Positions 56,196 to 63,764 of a stretch of DNA of 64,000 bases are shown in pieces. The stretch is from an uncultured Pirellulales bacterium. Lineage in GTDB: Bacteria; Planctomycetota; Phycisphaerae; Sedimentisphaerales; SM23-30. A program made the position numbers and the translations under genes. The stretch lies in the NCBI GenBank assembly GCA_964580995.1, contig CAZOMV010000003.1, forward strand, positions 13,073 to 77,072, given 5' to 3'. Position 1 is the first letter of the stretch. Each line of letters starts with the position of its first letter. The notes beneath the pieces are model-generated. The model did not search any database and was not told where the DNA came from. It was given only the letters and a program-made list of their open reading frames with translations.

Positions 56196-56250
56196 GAGCT
56201 GCTCGGAACCGAATCCCCCCTAGTAGGTTCCGGGCAGCTCACTTCTTTTC
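56196..56250 (+). terminator. Rho-independent terminator candidate after the C39-like gene
   Basis: 15-bp stem GAGCTGCTCGGAACC / GGTTCCGGGCAGCTC (56196-56210 / 56226-56240, one G-U pair), 15-nt loop, then ACTTCTTTTCC. Confidence 0.5.
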
Positions 56251-56395
56251 CCATCCTATGCGGTATTAAGCAGAACAAACCGACCCCCTCATCCCAGAAA
56301 CCGGAATTGTTCGATTGACAAATTAAAGACTGTTATCATAATAAAGGAGTCGTTTATGCCGGATGCGTCAAGTTTTCTCATATATAATATAACTA

Positions 56396-57202
56396 ATGGT
56401 AAAAAAAGCCTTTACGCTTATTGAACTGCTGGTGGTGATCGCCGTAATTGCCCTGCTTCTAGCGATTCTGCTGCCAACGCTGCGATTGGCAAAAAAACAA
56501 GCCAAAACCGCTTTATGCCTATCGAACATACATCATCTCAATCTGGCCCTGACTTCCTTTGAAATGGATACGGATGCCTATCCCTATGCTTTTTCCAATT
56601 TAATTAGTCCCCCCCCTCCGGGAGGCTATGTCGGCAGTTCAGCTCCAAATAAAGATAGGATGGGATGGTGGTGGTTTCATTTCCTCGGGGAATATATCGG
56701 CCAGGATACCCGAAATGCCAGGATCCTTCGATGTCCGGACCGGAATATCCCAGAGGGCAGTTCCAGCACCAATCTTCTGATGGGAAATTATGGTGTGAAC
56801 CTGTCCATTTGTACCATGGATTGTGGTGGAAATAACCAAAAGGAATTCGTTGGCAAACCGTTAAATGCCGAACTGATTTCCGCTCCCAGCAATACCCTGC
56901 TTTTGCTGGACTGCGGCTATGTCATGATCTCCTGGAATCATGCGGCAGATGTACCCCCCAGCCCCTTAAACCTGACCCACGAAGACGCCGCTTACGTACC
57001 AGGCCTAAAAATCAATCAAAGCCGATCACTTTTTGAGGAACAGCAGAAAGATGCCGTCGAGGGCCGCCACGAAAATTACCGCCTGAACGTCGGTTTCGTG
57101 GATGGCCAGTGCCGCACAATGGATGCGGAAAGCCTGCTGGTTGAAAAGGTAAGCGATACGTTTTATAAGAACCAAACACCCTTATGGAAACCAGTAAAAT
57201 AA
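56396..57202 (+). CDS. Prepilin-type N-terminal cleavage/methylation domain protein (DUF1559-type pseudopilin-like)
   Basis: MVKKAFTLIELLVVIAVIALLLAILLP, and a C-terminal FVDGQCRTM tail. There is no SD of its own (see the uORF finding). Confidence 0.85.
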   Translation: MVKKAFTLIELLVVIAVIALLLAILLPTLRLAKKQAKTALCLSNIHHLNLALTSFEMDTDAYPYAFSNLISPPPPGGYVGSSAPNKDRMGWWWFHFLGEYIGQDTRNARILRCPDRNIPEGSSSTNLLMGNYGVNLSICTMDCGGNNQKEFVGKPLNAELISAPSNTLLLLDCGYVMISWNHAADVPPSPLNLTHEDAAYVPGLKINQSRSLFEEQQKDAVEGRHENYRLNVGFVDGQCRTMDAESLLVEKVSDTFYKNQTPLWKPVK

Positions 57203-57203
57203 C

Positions 57204-58625
57204 TCAAAAACCCAGGGATTGGATGGCCTTATCCAGGGTTTCCTTACTGATTGATTGAGCAGTAATTGTACTAATTAATACATACCCATCATTCGGATCA
57301 GATGAGGTATAAAGCTCGGTCTTTTGCGGAATGTTGGTTTTTAAATCCAGATAACACCGCCATTTAAAATAGCGGAGAGTTTCCACATCCCCTGACTGCT
57401 GGTGCCAGGTCAGCTCATATAGCGTTGTTCCGGGTATGGCATCAGGGGTATTCTCCATCGACATCTGATTCCAGACGGCATTGTCAGGCATGGAAGACAC
57501 ATCATCAAAAGGCATCAGATCAAAAGAACGCGGGATAAATGCTTTCACAGTGTTTATCTGGTCATTATTGAGCGACTGCGTTTGAACTCCGTCTGTTCCC
57601 AGAGTTTTTATCTTTCTCGTATTGTTGGACAGATCCCATAGTACCGAGGCTACTTGGTTTTTCACTAAAACCAGATTCGATTCCTTTGATATCCAAATTT
57701 CTTCCAAGGGTTTCTCCCTGGCAGGAGAGGTGCGTACAAGATGCAGGTATCGAACCTCCTGCAGCGTCTGATAAATCTGTCGCAAATAAACACCTTTGGC
57801 TGTCGGTATTTGAAACAGAAACATCATTCCAAACAAAACCAGGACTGCCGCCGCCGCGGATTGGACATTCCTGGATTTCAGGATATGGACCAGCGTCTTC
57901 TTTCCAGACGCAAATGCCGCCTTCCGGCGCGGTATCTGCGGCATTTCATCCGGCCAGCCGAGCTTCCCGGTTTCCGTGGTAACCGTAACATGATATTCGG
58001 ATTGCGAATACGACCGCTCATTGGCAGACAGAGGTTTTTCTTGTGAGGCGGTATTAAAGGAAAAAAGGGTCACGATCCCGGAATTCGGACGAGTCATGAT
58101 CGATTGAATCACGCGGCCGCCATCCTGGCCCGCTATGGCGGCAATTTGCCCATCGCTTTTCGGGGCATCCCCCTGACAGGATTCGCCAGCAAAAACCCGG
58201 GAGAGACGGCTTAGCTGGGCATCCGTCAGATGTAAATTTTGCAGGGCCTGGAAATCACGCAAACAGGCTGGGCAATGCTCCAGATGAACCGTAATAGGGG
58301 TTGGAATAGTCACTTGCAGAGTGGGAACTGCCAGGACGGGTAGAAACCGCTTCACCGTCGAACAGTCAACCGGATGGTCCAAGCAGGAAAAATGCGATTC
58401 GAGGATAGACGGTAAAGTAAAACCTTGCGGGAGGGCCTCTTGAACATCATTTCCCTCCGAGGCCAACACGTCTCTCAGCCGGTCCATCTCCTCATGGCAC
58501 TCCTTACATTGATGGATATGTTCCAATGCCTCTTTGGGTATTTCCCCCATCCCATCCGGACAGAGTAAATCATAATAATATTCCTGAGCGGAAATACAGG
58601 CTGATTTAGACTGGTACTTACTCAT
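57204..58625 (-). CDS. Membrane anti-sigma factor with two HxxxCxxC (ZAS-like) motifs and a C-terminal ectodomain
   Basis: H36-x3-C40-x2-C43 (HIHQCKEC) and H114-x3-C118-x2-C121 (HLEHCPAC). TM helix AAAAVLVLFGMMFLFQI (~res 255-275). ~195-aa ectodomain. Starts 4 nt downstream of the ECF sigma gene. Confidence 0.75.
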   Translation of the reverse strand: MSKYQSKSACISAQEYYYDLLCPDGMGEIPKEALEHIHQCKECHEEMDRLRDVLASEGNDVQEALPQGFTLPSILESHFSCLDHPVDCSTVKRFLPVLAVPTLQVTIPTPITVHLEHCPACLRDFQALQNLHLTDAQLSRLSRVFAGESCQGDAPKSDGQIAAIAGQDGGRVIQSIMTRPNSGIVTLFSFNTASQEKPLSANERSYSQSEYHVTVTTETGKLGWPDEMPQIPRRKAAFASGKKTLVHILKSRNVQSAAAAVLVLFGMMFLFQIPTAKGVYLRQIYQTLQEVRYLHLVRTSPAREKPLEEIWISKESNLVLVKNQVASVLWDLSNNTRKIKTLGTDGVQTQSLNNDQINTVKAFIPRSFDLMPFDDVSSMPDNAVWNQMSMENTPDAIPGTTLYELTWHQQSGDVETLRYFKWRCYLDLKTNIPQKTELYTSSDPNDGYVLISTITAQSISKETLDKAIQSLGF

Positions 58626-58628
58626 TAC

Positions 58629-59159
58629 TTACACCCCGTTTTCGTTTAAAGCCACTCTCGCTTTTTTTAACCCGGTACAGATATATCTACTTATCGAACT
58701 TGACTTTACACCCAATTTTTTAGCCATTTCCTGGTTCGTACAATTATCCCGATAACGCAAGGTAATCGCTTGAGCTTCCCTATCGGATAAATGCTTCTCA
58801 ATCTTATTAAACATTCTATCTCTCTCTTCGCTTTCAATCAAGATATTTTCCGGATTATCTTTTAACGATTCGCTTTTCGCCTCTTCCAGATATCGGGAAA
58901 GGCTGATTTTATGTCGTTCAATCCGGCGAACAGCGTCAATCATGTCATTATGAATGACCCTGAAGAGATAGCTTTTGATATTTTTAATGTTTTGATAAGG
59001 CAGCGGTTTCTGGATTAAAGACAGGAAACATTCCTGAAAAAAATCATCCACCAGAGACTCATTTTGTATCTTAAAATAAATAATTTTGCGGATATATTCC
59101 CCGTGCTCCTCAAAAATTTGCGCGATGATTCGAATATGATTCGCTTCACTGTAATTCAT
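58629..59159 (-). CDS. ECF-type RNA polymerase sigma factor
   Basis: 176 aa. Region 2: FFQECFLSLIQKPLPYQNIKNIKSYLFRVIHNDMIDAVRR. Region 4: LSDREAQAITLRYRDNCTNQEMAKKLGVKSSSISRYICTGLKKAR. Very AT-rich gene. Confidence 0.85.
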   Translation of the reverse strand: MNYSEANHIRIIAQIFEEHGEYIRKIIYFKIQNESLVDDFFQECFLSLIQKPLPYQNIKNIKSYLFRVIHNDMIDAVRRIERHKISLSRYLEEAKSESLKDNPENILIESEERDRMFNKIEKHLSDREAQAITLRYRDNCTNQEMAKKLGVKSSSISRYICTGLKKARVALNENGV

Positions 59160-59484
59160 AAAGCTTTGCTATATAAATACTTATATTCAATAAAGTCTTG
59201 GTGCAACTACAGAATATTTCTGGTTTTCTTATAAAAAACACAAAGATTACACGCATGAAATTTCACAATTCACATCTGGTTATTCTATCAAATATATCGT
59301 TAAAAATAAAGGAATTTCACCAGTAAAGTTTCACAGGTTTCCTATTGTCTGAGATAATTCCTGCAGAATATCCTGAAAAAGGCATGGAATTACTTATTTT
59401 TTATGGTTTTTTCCCTTTTCCAGATAAAAACTATTTAATAACTACGGTTTTGCAAAACTTCAGTAATAACCCAGCAGAAATTTC

Positions 59485-59512
59485 TTGACTTATATGGCAG
59501 AAAAAGTAGAAT
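59485..59512 (+). promoter_or_regulatory. Candidate sigma70-type promoter of the coiled-coil gene
   Basis: TTGACT (59485-59490), 16-nt spacer, TAGAAT (59507-59512). This implies a ~165-nt leader before the TTG start at 59687. Confidence 0.4.
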
Positions 59513-59686
59513 GAGCAGGTTGTATGGGGCCATAGAGCCCAAACCAGAAGTAATGTGCTTGCCGAGGATTAACATTCCATAAGAGGATATGCCTACCCGT
59601 AGCTTTTTTCAGGTGTAAAAAAATGGGAACAGGTGCTATCCGCTTGCCGGAATGAATACTGATGTAACCAGTTAAGGAGTAAGACA

Positions 59687-60553
59687 TTGAGTGTTTTAAC
59701 AAAAGTATTTGCGCTAATGTTGTCTTTACTTTCAATCTTTCTTTGCGGGATTATCGTGGTCTTTGTGACCAACACTGCCGACTGGCAGGATGCTTTCAAT
59801 AAACAAAAGACCCTGGCGGAAGCAGCTCAGGTTCAGGCAGCCGTCGAGGCGGAATCCAAAAGCCAGGCCATTGCCCGCATGGACAAACTGACCAGTTCCC
59901 TGCGGAACCAGATATTGGCCCTGGAACAGGAAAAATCCCAGATTCAGAGCCAACTGGATACCATGCAGCTGGCCAAGGCCCAGGCGGAAAACAAAAGTTC
60001 CACAGCCGTCGGCCTGAGCAAATCGATGCAAGATACGATAGCTAATATGTTTAAGGCGCAGCAGGAGATTCAGGCCCAACTGGATAAAAACCACCAGGAG
60101 ATGATTGTCGCCCAGACACGGGTAATCGATCTGGAGCGGTCGTTGGATAGCGAACGGGTTAAAAGTGCCCAGTTGAATACTTTAAGCCGCCAGCGGCTGG
60201 AACAAATCCATGAACTGGAGAATGATAATGCGGCGATCCGCTCCAGATTACAGGCGGTCGCTTTACAGTCCGAGGAAGTTCGCCCCGGCGGTCAGGTAAC
60301 CCAGACCCGGGTGCAGGAAGCGGGCGTACCCATCAGCGGGCAGGTAACGGGGATCGACGATAGTCTGGCTGCCATCTCAGTGGGATCCTCTTCCGGTGTT
60401 CGCACGGATATGACCTTCTATGTATATCGAAATGACCAGTACCTGGGCAATCTGCTGATTACCCATGTCGAACCCACCGAATCGGTGGGCAGGATGGTGG
60501 GCATCCAAGGCAGCGTCATGGCTGGTGATAAGGTAACTACTGGTTTTGAATGA
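59687..60553 (+). CDS. Membrane-anchored coiled-coil protein with a small C-terminal beta domain
   Basis: TTG start preceded by TAAGGAG plus 7 nt. N-terminal TM helix VFALMLSLLSIFLCGIIVVFV. ~190 aa of Q/E/A/L-rich heptad-like sequence. C-terminal GQVTGIDDSLAAISVGSSSGVRTDMTFYVYRNDQYLGNLLITHVEP...GDKV. Confidence 0.65.
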   Translation: MSVLTKVFALMLSLLSIFLCGIIVVFVTNTADWQDAFNKQKTLAEAAQVQAAVEAESKSQAIARMDKLTSSLRNQILALEQEKSQIQSQLDTMQLAKAQAENKSSTAVGLSKSMQDTIANMFKAQQEIQAQLDKNHQEMIVAQTRVIDLERSLDSERVKSAQLNTLSRQRLEQIHELENDNAAIRSRLQAVALQSEEVRPGGQVTQTRVQEAGVPISGQVTGIDDSLAAISVGSSSGVRTDMTFYVYRNDQYLGNLLITHVEPTESVGRMVGIQGSVMAGDKVTTGFE

Positions 60554-60613
60554 TCTTATGAAAATTTAGGTCTCTGTAAATTTCACAAATACCCAATAAA
60601 TAAGGTTACTATT

Positions 60614-60793
60614 ATGACTCCAGTATCAGAAGGAAAGACAAATAAACGCAAGGGCGGCAGCTTGACCGACATCTATACCGCACTATTGGGGCTGGCGACC
60701 TTGGTTACAGCGGCGACCGCAGCCATAACCTGTATTTATGGATATCAACTACACGGAGTGATATTCACGGTCAGTAAAATATCCATTCCCTGA
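60614..60793 (+). CDS. Unlisted 59-aa single-pass membrane protein (below the ORF-track length cut-off)
   Basis: ATG at 60614 preceded by AAGG 8 nt upstream. MTPVSEGKTNKRKGGSLTDIYTALLGLATLVTAATAAITCIYGYQLHGVIFTVSKISIP: basic N-terminus plus one hydrophobic helix. Fills the gap between the coiled-coil gene and mreB. Confidence 0.4.
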   Translation: MTPVSEGKTNKRKGGSLTDIYTALLGLATLVTAATAAITCIYGYQLHGVIFTVSKISIP

Positions 60794-60910
60794 TCTTTTA
60801 AAAACCGACTTGAATCCGGAAAATGGGGAGAATATCAGTCAACGGCAGGAGGGAGGGGTGGTACTTTATCGCCGGGAGCGGACAAATTTATTATGGCCGT
60901 AAAGTAATGC

Positions 60911-60939
60911 TTGCCAAGCGTTAGAGGCATCGGTAGAAT
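60911..60939 (+). promoter_or_regulatory. Candidate sigma70-type promoter of mreBCD
   Basis: TTGCCA (60911-60916), 17-nt spacer, TAGAAT (60934-60939), ~60 nt upstream of the mreB start. Confidence 0.4.
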
Positions 60940-61001
60940 GCGTATCAATGTTGCCGACTGTCATTTCAGTGTCATAAAGCAGCAAACAAGAGGTACCGAT
61001 C

Positions 61002-62054
61002 GTGATATTAGATACCATACTAGGATTATTTTCAATTGATATGGGAATCGACCTGGGAACTTGCAATACCCTGGTCTGTGTGAGGGGAGATGGTATCGTT
61101 TTGAACGAACCATCGGTAGTGGCAGTACGCAAAGGAACCAATCGGGTATTGCAAAACGGCAATGCAGTCGGCCTGGTGGCCAAAGAAATGCTCGGCAAAA
61201 CGCCCGGCTCGATATCCGCCATACGACCCATGAAAGATGGGGTAATCAGTGATTTCGAGATCACCGAGGCCATGCTGAGTTACTTCATCCGCAAGGTACA
61301 TGGCCGGCGCGGCCTGGTCAGGCCCCGGGTGGTGATTTCGGTTCCCTCCGGTATCACTGCCGTCGAAAAGCGGGCGGTGATGGATTCGGCGGAACGGGCC
61401 GGTGCCCGCAAAGTATATCTGGTGCAGGAACCGATGGCGGCGGGCATCGGGGCAGGACTTCCCATTACCGAACCAACCGCGTCCATGATCGTGGATATCG
61501 GCGGCGGTACGACCGAAGTGGCCATCATGAGTCTGGCGGACATCAGCGTTTGCGAGTCGGTCCGGGTCGCCGGCGATGATATGGATGAGGCGATTATCAA
61601 CCATCTTAAACGAACGTATAATTTACTGATCGGGGAAGCCCGCGCGGAAAAGATCAAGATCGAGATCGGTTCGGCCGCCCCCCTCGATAAGGAATTAACC
61701 ATGGAAATCTCCGGGCGGGATACCATTTCGGGGCTGCCCCGCAAGATCGTGATTACCAGTGAAGAGGTGCGGGAATCTCTGAAAGAGCCTATCTCGGCGG
61801 TGATTGAAGCGGTAACCCGAACCCTGGAAAGGGCGGAACCGGAACTGGCGGCGGATTTGATCGACAATGGAATCTGTCTGGCCGGCGGCGGCGCCTTGCT
61901 GCGGCGGCTGGATGTTGTAATCAGCAACGCCACGGGCCTGCGTGTGAAAGTTGCCGATGACCCGTTGACCTGCGTGGCCCGGGGAACGAGCGTGTATCTG
62001 GAGAATCTGGAACTCTGGAAAGATACGATGGATACCGATGACAGTAGTTTTTAA
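61002..62054 (+). CDS. mreB: Rod shape-determining protein MreB
   Basis: GTG start. FSIDMGIDLGTCNTLV, AIRPMKDGVISDF, DIGGGTTEVA, LAGGGALLRRLD: an actin-like ATPase with the canonical MreB blocks. Confidence 0.95.
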   Translation: MILDTILGLFSIDMGIDLGTCNTLVCVRGDGIVLNEPSVVAVRKGTNRVLQNGNAVGLVAKEMLGKTPGSISAIRPMKDGVISDFEITEAMLSYFIRKVHGRRGLVRPRVVISVPSGITAVEKRAVMDSAERAGARKVYLVQEPMAAGIGAGLPITEPTASMIVDIGGGTTEVAIMSLADISVCESVRVAGDDMDEAIINHLKRTYNLLIGEARAEKIKIEIGSAAPLDKELTMEISGRDTISGLPRKIVITSEEVRESLKEPISAVIEAVTRTLERAEPELAADLIDNGICLAGGGALLRRLDVVISNATGLRVKVADDPLTCVARGTSVYLENLELWKDTMDTDDSSF

Positions 62055-62114
62055 GTGGAACTATCCGCACCTGAGCCGGGGGACGGATCATCCTACGGAG
62101 TGGAGCAAAATCGC

Positions 62115-63026
62115 ATGAATAACCGAAGCAGCAGGCAGTTGACCAGTCAGCAGGTATTTACCTGGATGATGGTCCTGTCGGTGCTGTTCCTGTTTTTACC
62201 CTTACGCTGGACGGACAGGCTGGATCATCTTTTTTCCGCTCTGGTGGGGCCTTTCAGCCAGGGCAGCCGACAGGTGAATCTGCTGGTAATGAAGAATCTG
62301 CCCGAACCGGATCAGGCGGAGATGACGGAGCGAAAATGTCAAAAGCTGCAGGAAATGCTGCTTTATGCGGAAAAACAGAAAATGAATCTGATTCAGGCCA
62401 ATCGCAATTTGCAGGAAACGATAGATCGCCTGGCGGGAGTCCGGCAAAGTTTCGGCCAGACACGAGCGATGCTGATGGATGCCGACGTCATCGCCAGCGA
62501 CTCAACTAACTGGCGGTATTGGAAAAAACTGAACCAGGGTTCCCTCCAGCAAATCGCGGTGGGACAGATCGTTTTAGGTCCGATGGGTCCGGCAGATAAG
62601 AGTGAGGATTCCCGTTCCACCGAATCTCTTTGCCGGATGTGCGTTGTGGGCAGGGTCAATAATGTGGGTTTGAAGTATTCTTCCTTTCAGTTGATCAGTG
62701 ATGCGGGGTTCAGCCTGCCGGTCATTCTGGAACCCCACCCCAATCGGGGTGAGGTCTGGCGTGCCAATGGGGTGCTGAAAGTAAAATCGTTGGGAGAGAT
62801 AACCGTCACCATGGTGGAAGTGCGGGGCAATCCGGTGCATGTGGGAGATTCGGTACTGGCCTGTTCCGATCCCCGGTACCTGCCGGTGGAAACGCTGATC
62901 GGCATGGTACGAGAATGTCAGTCCGATCCGGAGAATCCGCTCATGTGGCGAATCCTGGTGGAACCGGCCGCCGATTTACATTCGCTGGATCATGTGGTAG
63001 TGGTCAATCCGCTCTGGGATGAGTAA
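62115..63026 (+). CDS. mreC: Rod shape-determining protein MreC
   Basis: Position directly after mreB. N-terminal TM (VFTWMMVLSVLFLFL), coiled-coil segment, then beta-barrel-like C-terminus (GDSVLACSD...LPVETLIGMV). The start may instead be the GTG at 62055. Confidence 0.7.
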   Translation: MNNRSSRQLTSQQVFTWMMVLSVLFLFLPLRWTDRLDHLFSALVGPFSQGSRQVNLLVMKNLPEPDQAEMTERKCQKLQEMLLYAEKQKMNLIQANRNLQETIDRLAGVRQSFGQTRAMLMDADVIASDSTNWRYWKKLNQGSLQQIAVGQIVLGPMGPADKSEDSRSTESLCRMCVVGRVNNVGLKYSSFQLISDAGFSLPVILEPHPNRGEVWRANGVLKVKSLGEITVTMVEVRGNPVHVGDSVLACSDPRYLPVETLIGMVRECQSDPENPLMWRILVEPAADLHSLDHVVVVNPLWDE

Positions 63027-63084
63027 ACCGGCCGAAATCAGTGCCAGATAAAATGTTTAAAAAATAGGGGCGAATTGATAGATA

Positions 63085-63603
63085 ATGCGTTGGTTTAATT
63101 TCGCGATTTTGGTTTTTATTACCCTGGTACTGCAAATCGGGGTCTGCAAGCGGATCGGCATCGGCCAGCAGCGGATCATGCCTGACCTGCTGCTGCTGAC
63201 TGCGGTTATTCTGGCGTTTCGCGCCCCGGCCAATCACGCCCTGATCGCCTGCTGGGTACTGGGATTCGCCAAGGATGTTACCAGCAGTTCCCCGCTGGGC
63301 AGTTATGCCTTGTGTTTCGGCCTGATGGCCCTGCTGCTGGTGCGGATGCGGGAAGTGCTCTATGGAATGCGGTCGGTTACTTTGATTATCGTAACCTTTG
63401 GAATGAGCCTTCTCATCGAACAGGCAGTGTACCTCTTCTGCGTCCTGAAAGATACTGCCAGTTGGGACCAGTACAGCGGAATCACCTTTACCATGCTGCT
63501 TTCCGCCATGATTACCGGCGGACTGGCGCCTTACGGATTTTGGCTGATTACTAAATTCCACCGCCAGCTCGGTCTGCAGCGCGATCGTTCTTTTTCGCGA
63601 TAG
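63085..63603 (+). CDS. mreD: Rod shape-determining protein MreD
   Basis: 172 aa, polytopic (MRWFNFAILVFITLVLQ...PDLLLLTAVILAF). Position after mreC. Confidence 0.7.
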   Translation: MRWFNFAILVFITLVLQIGVCKRIGIGQQRIMPDLLLLTAVILAFRAPANHALIACWVLGFAKDVTSSSPLGSYALCFGLMALLLVRMREVLYGMRSVTLIIVTFGMSLLIEQAVYLFCVLKDTASWDQYSGITFTMLLSAMITGGLAPYGFWLITKFHRQLGLQRDRSFSR

Positions 63604-63611
63604 GCACAAAT

Positions 63612-63764
63612 ATGAATAAAAAACAGGCAAAACGGATTTCTGATGAACTTCACCGTCTGGGCGGCCCAGCTGAACAGGCGCTACGGATTCGGTGTGAACA
63701 GGAAAAGAAGGTGCGGCTGGACGTAATCATGGAATGGGGCGATCCGAGAAAATGGAAAAATTAA
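63612..63764 (+). CDS. Possible 50-aa basic ORF downstream of mreD (weak)
   Basis: ATG 8 nt after the mreD stop. MNKKQAKRISDELHRLGGPAEQALRIRCEQEKKVRLDVIMEWGDPRKWKN. No clear RBS and no recognised motif. Confidence 0.2.
   Translation: MNKKQAKRISDELHRLGGPAEQALRIRCEQEKKVRLDVIMEWGDPRKWKN

Noticed and set aside
56205-56231. GGAACC ... GGTTCC looked like an ECF -35 element (GGAAC) upstream of the pseudopilin gene.
   Set aside because: The two copies are the arms of the terminator hairpin after the C39-like gene, and no CGT-type -10 lies at the proper distance. A GAACTT at ~52829 likewise lacks a convincing -10.
59490-59799. Two overlapping minus-strand ORFs (81 and 68 aa) across the leader and start of the coiled-coil gene.
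   Set aside because: They are antisense to a gene with a good RBS and overlap a plausible promoter. They have no RBS or motif of their own.
46176-60600. I considered whether the AT-richer accessory region is a mobile genomic island.
   Set aside because: No integrase, transposase, tRNA attachment site or flanking direct repeats could be found. Composition is patchy rather than uniformly foreign. Only compositional heterogeneity can be claimed.
60866-61933. Minus-strand ORFs of 135, 190 and 217 aa across mreB, and a 208-aa ORF at 63004..63630 across mreD.
   Set aside because: They are antisense to highly conserved mreB and mreD frames and are therefore shadow ORFs.
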